From contig NC_043014.1 of the NCBI RefSeq assembly GCF_006345805.1, positions 21,948,001 to 22,012,000 on the forward strand: a stretch of DNA of 64,000 nt. Reading direction: 5' to 3'. A program made the translations under genes and the position numbers. The notes under the pieces were generated by a model, which was not told the origin of the DNA, did no database searches, and was given only the letters and a program-made list of their open reading frames with translations. This document shows positions 37,482 to 51,703 of this stretch, piece after piece. Position 1 is the first letter of the stretch; each line of letters starts with the position of its first letter. This DNA is from Octopus sinensis. Taxonomy: Eukaryota.

Positions 37482-38489
37482 AAAAAATTTTTGGATTTTT
37501 CCTTGTGTAGCCTGTCCTGTACTTGTCGTTAAATTTTTGTTTTTCCCGTTTCTACGTCTTGTTGTGGCGTCCTGTACTTACGTTTATTTATTTATATATG
37601 CATGTATATATACATGTAGATGTAGGTACGTACATATATGTTTGTATGTATGCATATATTTTTAATTATCACATTATTGTCTGACAGCGCCCCGCGTCAG
37701 GTTCGTTTCGATTTGTCGGTTCGTTCCACTTCTTGTCTCCATTCAATTTTTATATAAATATTTAAGACGCGCAATTCTCTCCCTTTGCTTTACCCTCTCT
37801 ACTCTCGCTCCCTCCCACTCTTCCCCTTTTCTCTCTCTTAGCCGCGTGTCCCCTCCTCCTTCCTTCTTTCTCACTCCCAGCTTAAAAACTTTCTCTCTTT
37901 CGCACGCTGCCTCTGCTACTGAAAAGTCTTGCTTCCCTACACTGCCACACAACATCTTTCGCCTAGCCAAAAAAAGGCCTTTTTCGTCTGTTTGGTTTTT
38001 CTCATTTGTCCTCGTTTGTTTGATTTCCCGTATTGTATTCCCTTTTTATTTCTCATCTTGTATTTTTTTGTACATGTATTTTTATCTTGTATTTTATTGC
38101 GTAGTTTTATTGTTACATCCTGTTTGTGTTCTTACCCGTTTTACCCCGCTGCTTGGAATTTTATTTTAATTCTCTCGCAGGAAGGCGAGTTAACGAGTGT
38201 CCTGTCTTGCCTTCGAAACACGCCTGAGTTAAGTAGCGACAGCTGATGACGGTAGATTTTTCCTTGTGTAGCTTGTCCTGTACTTGTTTTCTTGTTGTAA
38301 AAAAATTTTGGATTTTTCCTTGTGTAGCCTGTCCTGTACTTGTCGTTAAATTTTTGTTTTTCCCGTTTCTACGTCTTGTTGTGGCGTCCTGTACTTACGT
38401 ATATTTATTTATATATGCATGTATATATACATGTAGATGTAGGTACGTACATATATGTTTGTATGTATGCATATATTTTTAATTATCAC

Positions 38490-38494
<5 letters not shown>
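37475..38494. mobile_element. ~1-kb non-coding element bounded by ~203-bp direct repeats (pseudo-LTR-like), within (TA)n
   Basis: 37475-37677 and 38292-38494 are near-identical; (TA)n on both sides; related to the inverted arms at 41346-42478. Confidence 0.6.
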
Positions 38495-38528
<34 letters not shown>

Positions 38529-38667
38529 AGAAATTAAATATAAATTATAAATTACAAAGTGGGACAAGAACGCAAAAATACACAAAGAGGCGACACAAAA
38601 AAACAGACGGGTCACTCGAAGCCTCTAATCTTCAGTCGGGAACCGGATCATCTTAGCAATTTCAGCT

Positions 38668-38735
<68 letters not shown>

Positions 38736-39102
38736 ATATATATATGTATGGTATTTTGTATAAGCTTAAAGCTTATAACAAAATACCATTATTATTATTT
38801 ACCGAATTGTAAATCTCGACACCGCTTAACATAACCATTGCTACCGAAATATGTGTGTATGTGTGTGCGTGCGTGCGTGCGTGTGGATGTGTGTGTGTGT
38901 GTACCCGTGAGTGTATACAGACACACACATATATATATATATATAACATGAATGTCTATTTGTCTGAATGTATATGTATATGTTCGTATATATGTATCAT
39001 GTTTATATACTACCAGATGATATACATCAACAAAACTTTGCCATGGTTATACACTATTTATTTGGTTGAATGTTAATTCGAAAGGATCTAATCTTGAGAC
39101 AC

Positions 39103-39138
<36 letters not shown>

Positions 39139-39239
39139 CATGCACATATGTATGTACGTACGTACGTACGTATGTATGTATGTATGTATGTATGTATGTA
39201 TGTATGTATGTATGTATGTATGTATGTTTATGTAGAAAC

Positions 39240-39530
39240 GGACTGTAGAACGAGTGCACATGCATACACATATATAGGTGCGACGAGTGACAGATTCAAG
39301 AACCGCTGGAGAAACCTCATCGCATCATTTAGGAACATCGGCACATCACTCGCTGACCTAATATGGAACCTCAAACAGAAAAAAGATACAATAGGGCACG
39401 ATTTCGTCAGTGATACGAAATGCATACCCATACAATGCATACTCAAAAGCGTGTAACCTTTGCTTGCAAGAAGCACAAGACAGAGCATTATGCAATGATA
39501 ACATCATTAATAAGCACTCTAAAATTGTTC
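39240..39530 (+). mobile_element. Penelope-like GIY-YIG fragment
   Basis: YIGATSDRFKNRWRNLIASFRN...SLADLIWNLK, then in a shifted frame AYPYNAYSKACNLCLQE. Confidence 0.65.
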
Positions 39531-39647
39531 TAAGATGTAACCACTGGCTTTAATAGCTCGTTTGGAATTTGTGATATTTAATATCATATCAATAATTTAT
39601 TTACACAAAATGTATTATTATCATTGTTATTATTATTATTATTATCA

Positions 39648-39740
<93 letters not shown>

Positions 39741-40492
39741 CTATTTAAATTGTGAGTTCGATTCCAATACCGAGTTGTGTGTTGTGTTCTTGAACAAGAC
39801 ATTTTATTTCATGTTGCTCCAGTTCACTTTCACTCAGCTGTAGAAATGGGTTGTGACATCACTGGTGCTAAGCTGTATCGCTCTTTGTCTGTCTCTTGCA
39901 TACCATCGGTGTCCTGCAGAGGAGAGGCTGGTATATATGGGCAACGACTGCTGGTCTTCCACAAACAAATTTCCCCGGACTTGTGCCTCGGAGAATTTTC
40001 TAGGTGCAATCTCTTGGTCATTCGTGACCGAAGGGAGTCTTTACACTTTAAAAAAATTAAAATCATATAATTTCATAATAATTTGTATGCGTATAAAGTT
40101 ATTTGGTTAAAAATGAAAAAACTATAGGATAGATCTATTTACCATGACATACTAGTGTATATGTGTAATTGCAAAACCTAGTTATAGAATGAATATTGCA
40201 TATATTTCCATAGTAGCATTATTATGCGTGAAGGGACATATCACGATATATAGAACTAAGCATGTTAGAAAGAACAAACCTAATAAGGCATTATATTTCT
40301 TTTTGGGCATAAACTCAAAATTCTAAATAAATAGATATAAATATGGGGAAAAGAATTATATATGAGAGTATGTGGAGGCTTTAAATAGAGAAGCATGAAA
40401 AGATACACGTTAATGAGAGTGAAAAATGGGAGTGTATGTTTAGATAGATATATGTATGTATATACATATGTATGTACATTAGTGTGAAATAA

Positions 40493-40581
<89 letters not shown>

Positions 40582-41226
40582 TTATATATATATATATATA
40601 CGTACGTATGTATGTATGTATGTATGTATGTATGTATGTATGTATGTATGTATGTATGTATGTATGTATGTATGTATAAGGGTGCGGACAAATAAGTCTT
40701 CTTGGGTCAATAACCCCTCTTAATTGCGACAAAGCCGCGACAGTAAAGCTATACAGCTAAAATTAAGTTTATATGCCTATAGGTTTTGATCTCGTGCCGT
40801 GCCAAGGGAGTAACCATATGCCACTGATTTCCTTTGAAGTGGAACGGTAGCAGACACAAAAAACAAGTAATTGTTCAAGCTTATCTTTTTATGGCATTAT
40901 TATCTTAAAATGTTCGTTAATTTTCCCAAAAGTCGAGACAAGTCTGCAGGTTAGGATGGAGTGATTAAGGGGTTTTTTCTTTTGTTTTTTTTTTCTATTT
41001 CTATTGATATATTTTTGGTATTTTTCTCACTTGTATCTCTTTGTATCTCCGTGTTATTTTTTTGTCCAAGGAATGCTAAAAAATAACATAATGGTCTGGT
41101 TATAAAACAAAGAGAATCTAAAAAGAACTGAAAGTACTTTGGACCCTACGCATCTGAAGACGTGCATGTATACAACTGTTGGATCGTATTAATGCAATAA
41201 TTCGTACAATATATGTAATATTCAGC

Positions 41227-41269
41227 AATTACCTGCTGATAATGGTGCACTGAAACAATTGTTGTGATT
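41227..41269 (+). ncRNA. Degenerate minimal hammerhead
   Basis: AATTAC-CTGCTGA-T-AATG(gtg)CACT-GAA-AC(aatt)GT-T-GTGATT; A6->C and one stem II mismatch; followed by AATAAA and (TA)n. Confidence 0.45.
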
Positions 41270-41302
41270 TGTAATAAAGCCTGTTCATTCATATTAAATT
41301 CG

Positions 41303-41337
<35 letters not shown>

Positions 41338-41345
41338 TATATATA

Positions 41346-42478
41346 AAATTAATAAATAAAACATATGCATATATACATACATATATGTACGTACCTACCT
41401 CTACATGTATATATACATGCATATATGAGTACAGGACACCAAAAAAAAACGTCGAACACAATGAGAAACGAAAACATAAACACAAAAACAAGGAAATGGA
41501 CATTTCTTTTAAACAACGAAAAAATAGAGTACAGGACATACAAAACAAGGAAAATTCCCCTTCTTCAGTCGCCTTAGTTTCATCTACTCCACGTTTCGAA
41601 GGTCAAGGCGATACATAACTTCGATAAAACCTTCCTTCCCGCGAAAATCAAATTAAACAAAATTTGAGATCCTCCTGCGGAGGGGCAAAAATGGTAACAA
41701 AAACAGGACAGCAACGACAGTACAAAACATAAGCAGTAAAAGACAGGACACAGCTCTCCCCCTCCCTTTCTCAGCCTTCATTCTTTTGGCCTTCCTTTTC
41801 TTCTACCTTACTGTCTCTCCCTCTCTCTCTCATTCTTCATTCTTTTCTCTACAACCATTCCTTTTTTTCTCTCCCTTTCTCTTACTCTTCCTCCTCCCTC
41901 CCATCGCGGCCATGTGATGAGATGGGTCCCACTGTCTTTCTTCTCCTGGCTTCCTTCAAGTAGAGACGGTAAAATCTGTTGCTCTCTGCCGTTCTCAAAA
42001 AATAGCGTTCGTAAAATTTTTTTTATCTCGTTTGGCTTAACAGCCCTTCTTGTTTGTGTTGCTGTTGTTCTCCGTGTCCTGTCTTTTACTGTTTATGTTT
42101 TGTACCGACGTTGCTGTCCTGTTTTTGTTGCCATTTTTGCCCCTCCGCAGGAGGATCTCAAATTTTGTTTAATTTGATTTTCGCAGGAAGGAAGGTTTTA
42201 TCGAAGTTATGTATCGCCTTGACCTTCGAAACGTGGAGTAGATGAAACTAAGGCGACTGAAGAAGGGGAATTTTCCTTGTTTTGTATGTCCTGTACTCTA
42301 TTTTTTCGTTGTTTAAAAGAAATGTCCATTTCCTTGTTTTTATGTTTATGTTTTCGTTTCTCATTGTGTTCGACGTTTTTTTTGGTGTCCTGTACCCATA
42401 TATGCATGTATATATACATGTAGAGGTAGGTACGTACATATATGTATGTATATATGCATATGTTTTATTTATTAATTT
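41346..42478. mobile_element. ~405-bp inverted repeats around a ~320-bp spacer (inverted pLTR-like element)
   Basis: 41346-41751 is the near-perfect reverse complement of 42074-42478; (TA)n nearby on both sides. Confidence 0.75.
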
Positions 42479-42546
42479 ATTATATGACGGAACGCACGCA
42501 TCCATTTCTAAGTAAGAGTGTTCTTAATATAACATACATATATATA

Positions 42547-42620
<74 letters not shown>

Positions 42621-42750
42621 TACAACATATATATATTATATATATATATATAATATACACACATATACATACATACATATATATTATATATACATACATA
42701 CATACATACATACATGCATACATACATACATACATACATACATGCATGTA

Positions 42751-42796
<46 letters not shown>

Positions 42797-42826
42797 TTTA
42801 TTTAAAAAAGCAGCAGAAAATTCAAC

Positions 42827-42874
42827 AAAATCTGTTACTCTGAGTTTCACGTTCCCGTTCGTCGGACGGTTTTT
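42827..42874 (-). ncRNA. Degenerate type I hammerhead
   Basis: Minus: AAAAACCGT-CCGACGA-ACG(ggaa)CGT-GAA-ACTC-A-GAGT-A-ACAGATTTT; U4->C, two stem I mismatches, palindromic stem III. Confidence 0.45.
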
Positions 42875-43933
42875 GCTAGAATAGAACCGATATGCCAATT
42901 CTATCAAGACTAGTATAAACGCTACACTTTTAAAAATGGACTTGCTTGATTGGTCCTTTTAAATAACGGTCAATTTCGAGCGATAAACAAAAATGAGCTC
43001 AAAAAAAAAATATATATATAAAAATTATAAAAGTCGAGGAAAAAACCTTACATCGAATCTTTGGTTAAAATACATATTGTCATTAATAAAGAAAATATAA
43101 TTAATACATGGAAATTGAAATAAAAATATTAAAATGCATTAAAATATTACACAACAGTACATACTCATACTAGACTATACATATATACATCAACATACAC
43201 AGATAGATGTGCGCTGACCACATACATATACAGACATATAAATACAAAACTAAAATATACACACAAATGCATGTACGCATATGTATACGCAATCTAGCTC
43301 GTATGCAAAATCACTGTATCCATATAAACTATAAGCTAAATTCATGGACGGGGAAGGGGCGTTCTTATTTACAACGTAAAGCTAAAGGGAGGGGGAGGGG
43401 GACGTAAAGTTACAGGGCTCTATACAAGTAACGAATAGGGAGAGAAAAAAACCAAAGAAAGGAAGAAAGAGAAAAAAAGAAAAAGAGAGAATGGAAAAAG
43501 AAGGAAAGGAAAGAAGAAAAAAATTTTGTATACAAATTATGTGAGCACATATACTGACACATGTATAGAGACAAGTACGCAAACACACAGGCCCAAGTGG
43601 ATACATGCATACACATACATTCGTGTATGTATATGCTTAAGTACAAACATACGCTCACTTACACATATACAAAGACTTACAAATACATATTCATGCCAAA
43701 TATATATATATAATGGACACAGTTTGTGTGTCAAATAGCTATCTTAAGGCGATGGCCTCATGGAGCTAATCAGCGACAGCTTTTAGTCTTATATCTATAA
43801 GACTGCCATATTAATATGGCGATAACAATTATATATATATATATAATATATATATATATATATTATATATATATATATATTATATATATATATTATATAT
43901 ATATATAAATATAATATATACATATATATATAT

Positions 43934-44667
43934 ATCGTCCTTATAGGACCGCCACATTCTGCCGGCAAATAAACTTTACTATTCAGTAGTGTTACTGTAT
44001 ATCTCTCGCTGAGAGATTTAAAACAAGTTGCTTTTCTCAATACGAGATGAGCAACTGTGTGTTGCTTGAAGAATACATAGAGTTTGTGAGTGGAGAAAAG
44101 ATTTCATTAACAGCCAGTGATTATCTCACACTGAGATAACCACCCAGAAACTATGGTCTGTGAGTATCACGTAAGGCTGGAGACGGGAGCGATGACCTCC
44201 CTTGCAAATACTATACGGACACAGACTCTGTCGATAGCCAGCTGGAAAAGATGTTTTCCTGGGGCTTAAACAACATGACCATCGCCCTGTATAGGACCGC
44301 TACATTCTGTTGACAAATAAACATCACTATTCGGTACTGTTACTGTATATCTCTCGCTGAGAGATTTAAAAACAAGTTGTTTTTCTCTGTACGAGATCAG
44401 CGACTGTATGTCGCTTAGAGAATATATAGTGTTTGTGAGTGGAGAAAACTTTCATCAACAGCCATTGATTGCTTCACACTGAGGACGGGTATCCACCCAG
44501 AAGCCATGGTCTGTGACAATCACTTAAAGGTGGAGATGGGAGCGATGACACTATACGGACACAGACTGTGTCGAAAGCCAGCTAGAAAAGATATTTTTCT
44601 GGAGTTTAAACAACAGTAACATCGTCCTCTATAGGACCGCCACATTCCGTTGGCAAATGAACTTTAC
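43934..44667 (+). repeat. ~345-bp tandem repeat (2.1 units) with a hammerhead in each full unit
   Basis: Unit starts at 43934, 44281 and 44621; hammerheads at 44125-44164 and 44474-44516; microsatellite flanks. Confidence 0.75.
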
Positions 44668-44685
44668 CACACACACTCACACACA

Positions 44686-44716
<31 letters not shown>

Positions 44717-44768
44717 GATAGATAGATATATAGATGCATCCATATATACATACATATATATATGTGTG

Positions 44769-44804
<36 letters not shown>

Positions 44805-45170
44805 TGAAGTCTAAGGAAAGGAAAATTGTAAGTGTAGACGAACTTTTATACATAATCCAAATTGATACAGAACCAATATACATTCTACAAACTGTTTCGG
44901 AGTCTAATTAATTCCAAAGACAAAAACGAAAAAGTCTTCATGAATTAAAGATTAGATTCTTTGTCAAGAATTACATACTGGTCTGAATAATTACGACTAA
45001 CTAAAATATACAAAGACCTTTCATAGCCCGGACCGGAACGGACAAAATAATAATAGAATGAAAGATAACAAGAACGCCAGATATTCAAAACGAGAATGTG
45101 ATCTCTTGAGCACCACCAGCTCAAATATTTTCTCCTCTGTCTTCCCTCCTTGGGATCTTTCCTTCTCCTT

Positions 45171-45205
45171 GTTTCCGACGAAGAGCTCCGCTCGAAACGT
45201 TAAAC
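45171..45205 (+). ncRNA. Minimal type I hammerhead, same family as 26844
   Basis: GTTT-CCGACGA-A-GAGC(tcc)GCTC-GAA-ACGT-T-AAAC; downstream TTCCTGAGCG..AATAC is shared with the 26844 copy. Confidence 0.55.
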
Positions 45206-45778
45206 CCTCCTTCCCTTCTTTCCTGAGCGTCAATAATACTTTAATTGTTCCACATCCTGCGTTGCTGTGTTTTTTTCTCTTTTTTTCTGTGTTTTCTTGT
45301 TTGGATTAACTATATATATAACCACTTCGGCGTTTTATTAACATTACAATTCACGATATGTAAATATCTAGAAATGACAGATAAATTTAATGAGACAAAA
45401 ACTAACCACAAAAATAATAGGGTTATCTAATCAAAAATTAAAAATTAATAACTACAAACCGATATATTATCCGCTAAAAAGTAATAAATGTCCTAATTTA
45501 AACCTAATAATATGGTAATATCACGGAATCGACCAGACTATCGGATATCGTTATAAACCGCTGGTCACAATGTGCTTCGCATTCTTTTAGCTTCCGAATA
45601 ATGTCACCCGACCGACTAGGCGGGTGGGCCAACATTCCTCCTGAACAGGACGCTAGTCCGTTGCAGGTCTATGTATTTACAGCAGAGTGGACTGGAGTAA
45701 CGTGAAATGAAGTGACTGGGAATCGAAAGCACGATCTTTATATTATAAGTGCAACACCCTAACCAGCTGCCTTTAAAT

Positions 45779-45816
<38 letters not shown>

Positions 45817-45881
45817 GCACACATACACACACACACACACACACAGACTCGCACACATAGACATACATGCATACAGATAAT

Positions 45882-45950
<69 letters not shown>

Positions 45951-46879
45951 GCATATGCACAAAACTTTACACACTTCCCTACGAATTTCTATGCTTTATG
46001 TTATTCTGAAGAATATAGCAACAAAATTGTGATGTAGTAATATATAATATGAACAGAAAAATGCTAGGCTTCCCACAAGAAATAACTATAGTATTGTACA
46101 CCAGAAAGTGTTTTCCATTTAAGCAAGTGAAATTTTAAAATTTTACCTATGAGAAAGATGGCGAAAAAAAACAACATTTTATTCTTGTTGAGAGTTCAAC
46201 TTGATGGCAAATGAATATGTATTTTTCATTCTTTATTTTCATTTTCTAACATCTATAATCCTTGCCAGTTACAGTCAATTTTGGAAGACGTACCATTTAA
46301 AAAACTTCTATTCTAAATAAAAGAAAAAAAGAAAGGAAATTTAAAAACACTTAAAAAATCGCTACATCGAGTGTTATAATAACGAAGAATATATTTTGAA
46401 ATGCTTCGGTAGAAGGTCGAGAAGCTTTACATGTATTACTGTAAGATGTTTAATTTTAATATGAATTGTGAAACTGTTTTTACAAAATAAAAAGTTTTTA
46501 GAATATGTGGCAATTACTGACATACTCTTATTCACACGCCTACATTCACGCCCGCCCGCACGCGCACACGCACACACACACACGCACGCACACACGCAAA
46601 CACCACTAAATATAAGTATCTCGAGAAGAAAAAGAACTCAGTAGAGGCATAGAGTGTAGGTTTTTATTGAGGAAATTGAAAATATAATTCCTCAGTGACT
46701 ATTTTCATTCCTGTTAGAAATCTTTGGACTGATCGAAGATTCCCATATTGGAAGTATCATGTTTTAAAAATACTCTTTATGAAGAATCAGTTTCCCGACG
46801 GGGAAATCGGTTCTTCTTAAAGTTTTAAATCTTGAATAAATGATTTTTTTCTTTACAATCTTTCAGAGTGCGGTAATTC

Positions 46880-47450
46880 TATTACGTCAGATTAAAATGT
46901 GTTGGCCAATTGATAACTAGAAATTCTTCAATAAATAGCAGGGAAGTATGTTCAAGAATCCATTGTTTCTGATTTTGAATTAAAAATTTTAAAGGCTGTA
47001 AGAGGTTGTTATAATTTTCCGAGAAACTGAGGTTACACTTTCTACAATCGTTGATGTAGGGTAGGTGCTGTACCTGTTTTAAAGTGGAATACTCTGCTTT
47101 ATAATTGTTCGTATTATTACCTGCCAAACTTTAGATATATCTGAACATTGGAGAAGTAAAGCCAATTTTGAGTGTCTGAATGTGTACATATGTTGTGAAA
47201 ATCTTCCTTTTAAATGCTTTTTAGTGAACTCCAAGTAATTGTTTTGTTTCAATATCATTGCAAGAAAGACTTTATCCCAATATACTAATAATTTATTTAG
47301 AAAGAAACCTATCATTGAGAAGGCAATATTAATATTGCTACAATTACATAGAAGAGAATCATGTTCCAGGTTAGTTCTGGATTGTTTTTGTTTTTGTTTT
47401 CTTGCTATAGAAGCATAGAAGCTTTTGGTGCAACTGAAGTTCACCGTAGC
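46880..47450 (-). mobile_element. Decayed Penelope-like GIY-YIG fragment
   Basis: LKGRFSQHMYTFRHSK...ISK.VWQ and PYINDCRKCNLSFSE, typical of the PLE endonuclease C-terminus. Confidence 0.55.
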
Positions 47451-48282
47451 ACTATTTTCATTAAAGATTTTATGATACAGTTGATCGTTAGAGAAATGCT
47501 TATTTGTAAGGTTTCGGGATATACTAGCAGTATTTGAGCGAACATTATAGAGGGGATTATATCATATAATCTCCTGCTTTCTTCTTTTTGCTTTTATTAT
47601 TAGTGTTTTTTTATTGTAATGCGTTCTATCTCTCGAGTTACTGTCTTTTAATATGTCATTATTATGAGCTGCACAATTAAAGCCAGACTTACTTTGCCAT
47701 AAATTTCGCTTCAGAATTCAGTTTTTTTCTATGATTATGTTGAGGAATTTTCCGCTAGTAACCGGCTAACATATTTTTTTTTTCGCAATAGACATGCAAT
47801 ATGCAGAGAGAGCGACATTTAAAAACAAAAAGCAAAACAAATTCATATATTCATCAAAACTAAAAGGTTAATACGTGCAGGTTGCCTTGCTTATGAATGT
47901 TTTTTTTTCCACATGGCAGTGAAGACCTGAAAACATTAAGTGTTTCTCCTTGTACATGTACAGATGAAAATATCACGTGTTCTACGCATGTTTATAAATG
48001 CATACATGTGAGGTATTTTGTGACGTTTTTTTTTCAGGAGCCAATCACATTCCATTGTTGTATTGTCTGATCATAGTAAGTTGTGTTTGTGAATATTTTT
48101 GTTTAAAAATTGGAATCCTGCATTCCTGGTTTTAATCGTTTGAGCAGTCGGATCCGTGAAACTCAGTGTTATGTTTCAAGAAGCTTTAATTTCTGATAAA
48201 ATATACATATTCAATGTGTTGAATGGTTTTCTGCTTGCAAAAGTTCATCAATACACACTCACACAAACATGCGCGCGTACAC

Positions 48283-48331
<49 letters not shown>

Positions 48332-48732
48332 AAGAAAAGGAGGAGGAGTGAAAGGGAGAGAGGGAGGGAGAGCCGATGGAGTCGATAGTGTAACAGGCAA
48401 CCAAGTGGGAGATCAGTGATTCGTATCCCTTTATTGGGGAATGAAATTCGAGTAACGATTCAAACAGACACAGTTTTGAATAAATATTATTCCACCCTAA
48501 CTGGCAGTATTGAGTTCTTTCACATAATTATATTTCACACAATTCTGATGCATGCATCCGTTATATTTGGCAATGCAAGTGGGAATTAATATAAATAAGA
48601 ACACAGTTTTACCTTCTAAAATATTTAAAAATCATGGTATTCCGGCTGGAATCCGATTCAAAGAATGAAGAAAACGGGTAGGGTGTCAGATTGCCAAATC
48701 TGTACGAAGAAGTGTAGGGGTAGTGGGAGTGG

Positions 48733-48764
<32 letters not shown>

Positions 48765-49066
48765 TATACGACATTTGTCAGCTTTCATTGCTTGTATGTG
48801 AGGGTAGGAAGCACAAAACACTACTGTATTTGTCTCATACCCGACTCAATGTATATATGTTTGCGCTCATCCACATATAGAAATGTTCGTATTGATTCAT
48901 TGATTAGCACACACACACACACACACACACACACCCGTACGCATACATGTGTATGCGTGTGTGCGTACGCGTGCGTATGTGCCTGCATACATAGATGCAT
49001 ATTGTATATATACATACTTGCATCCATACATACATGTATGTATATGCGCGCGTGTGTGTGTGTATA

Positions 49067-49103
<37 letters not shown>

Positions 49104-49114
49104 GTATATATATG

Positions 49115-49151
<37 letters not shown>

Positions 49152-49518
49152 GTATATATATAGTATATATATAATATATATATATATATAAATGTATATA
49201 TATGTATGTATATATATATATATATATATAAATGTATATATATGTATGTATATATATATATATATATATATATAAATGTATATATATGTATGTATATATA
49301 TATATATATATTATATTATATATATATACACACACACACACATATGCATATATACATATATATATGTATGTATGTGTGCGTGCATACATACGTATATATA
49401 TACATAGATGTGTGCTTCAATGTGTATGGTATGTGCTTATACTTTCCACGCAAATCTATGTATTGATTGACCTACATACATATATGTACATACACACACA
49501 AACATCCACTCTACCCGT

Positions 49519-49549
<31 letters not shown>

Positions 49550-49832
49550 TATGACCATCTTCGGGTGCTTCACGGACATAAATATTATATAAAAAGGTGG
49601 ACTCAACTTCCATTGTAATATGTCTTACCCTCACCAGAATGATTCATTGGCCCTCAGTGAACCACACCCGACAGCATCTACCTTAAGTTGGTTGTGTGTG
49701 TGTGTGCGCGCGTGCGCGCGCGTGTATGTGTGTACTAATCTATTTATATATGTATATATGTGTGTGCACTCGCACCTACATACGTACGCGGAGAAAAAGA
49801 GAGGGAGTTATATAGATACATAGAATTGAGAG

Positions 49833-49897
<65 letters not shown>

Positions 49898-50320
49898 TAA
49901 GTGACATCAGAAGGTAGAAGACCGATTCAACGACAAGAGTAAGAGCAATGAAAACTAGTGTTTTTGTTGCTGTCAATAAATGGAGGATGTGTCGATGCTG
50001 TAGCTGCAGATGCAGAGGGCGATGACCGTTGTTCGATAAGAGATTGAGGTCACTAGTGAGGTGTTCATATTGGGACGAACGGCAGTAGAAAGAGGAGGGA
50101 AGTGACATTACTACACATTGTCTCTAGGAAAAGACAGAGGAAGATGGAGCAAAGATGATAGTAGGAGCAGGAGTCGAAGTGATTACTATTGTAGAGAGAG
50201 GTTGAAGGGGAGGAGAGCAAGACAGGTGAACAGACTTTAGAAGTCCTGGGAGAAGAGAGGGGTGAAAAGTGAAATGACGACTGTTACTTTCTATCTATCT
50301 ATCTATCTATCTATCTATCA

Positions 50321-50457
<137 letters not shown>

Positions 50458-50469
50458 GCTAGTATCTAC

Positions 50470-50562
<93 letters not shown>

Positions 50563-50586
50563 ATCTCTGTCTCTCTCTCTAGCTAG

Positions 50587-50640
<54 letters not shown>

Positions 50641-51671
50641 CCTATCTATCGATCGATCGATCGATCTGTCTGTCTGTCTCCTAAGAAAGGAGGAGGGCTA
50701 TATTGCTTAGAGTATCTATTTCTTTACTGCCCACAAGGGGCTAAACATAGAGGGGACAAACAAGGACAGACATAGGTATTAAGTCGATTACATCGACCCC
50801 AGTGCGAAACTGGTACTTTATTTATCGACCCCGAAAGGATGAAAGGCAAAGTCGACCTCGGCGGAATCGTCTTCTTTTTAAAGATATGGTGTCATTTGTG
50901 GGCATTTCGCTGCTATTTCTAGCAGACAGCGAAAACGTAGACGCTCCCTCACTAGGAGGTGGAGAGGGAAGGTATATGGAGTAAGAGAAGCTGAAGAATT
51001 AGGAATAGAAGTGAAGTACGGGGGAGGGAGTTGTGGAATGGTGAAGAAAACCATACAGGCAAACACTCAAACGCACACAAGCAAATATGTGCACGCTCGA
51101 ATATGCACATATTTAGACAATAACATACATGCAGTCAAGACTGTTTGCACATATACACTCATAACCAGCACAGAAATATGCACGATTTTAGATGCATGCA
51201 AAGCACATATACAAAACATGTGCACACACTCATACACAACGGTCAGAGCATGCGAACACATACAAGTACATAGATTGATAAATAATCATACTTTCACTCT
51301 AATATCACACACCCCTGCATCACATATACGTCTTCATATACGAACATACTGGTGTGTAAAGTAAATATGCACAATCTCATTGAGGTTCTCTTATATATTT
51401 ATATATATATATATATGCAAGCACAGACACACATAAGCTTAACATAAACTTAACATAAACACACACACATGAACTTAAACACATAATAAACACGGTATAT
51501 TCACATATAAAGAGGCTGGCATAGACATATGCATATGCATCTATAACATAGGACATGTATACAACCCCCCCCCATACACACACACAAGCATGTATCTGAC
51601 TCATACAAACAAACAAACAAACAAACAAACAAACAAACAAACAAACATACATACATGCATACATACATACA

Positions 51672-51703
<32 letters not shown>

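Noticed and set aside
44885-44960. Minus-strand ATGAAGA...CCGAAACAG motif
   Set aside because: The core is incomplete and the stems do not pair.
46760-46830. Possible hammerhead (minus strand CCGA...TCGG-GAAAC) next to the PLE relic
   Set aside because: No recognisable CUGANGA and no stem I pairing.
48613-48699. Potassium-channel pore reading of FGNLTP
   Set aside because: It lacks the preceding TxGY/FG signature context.
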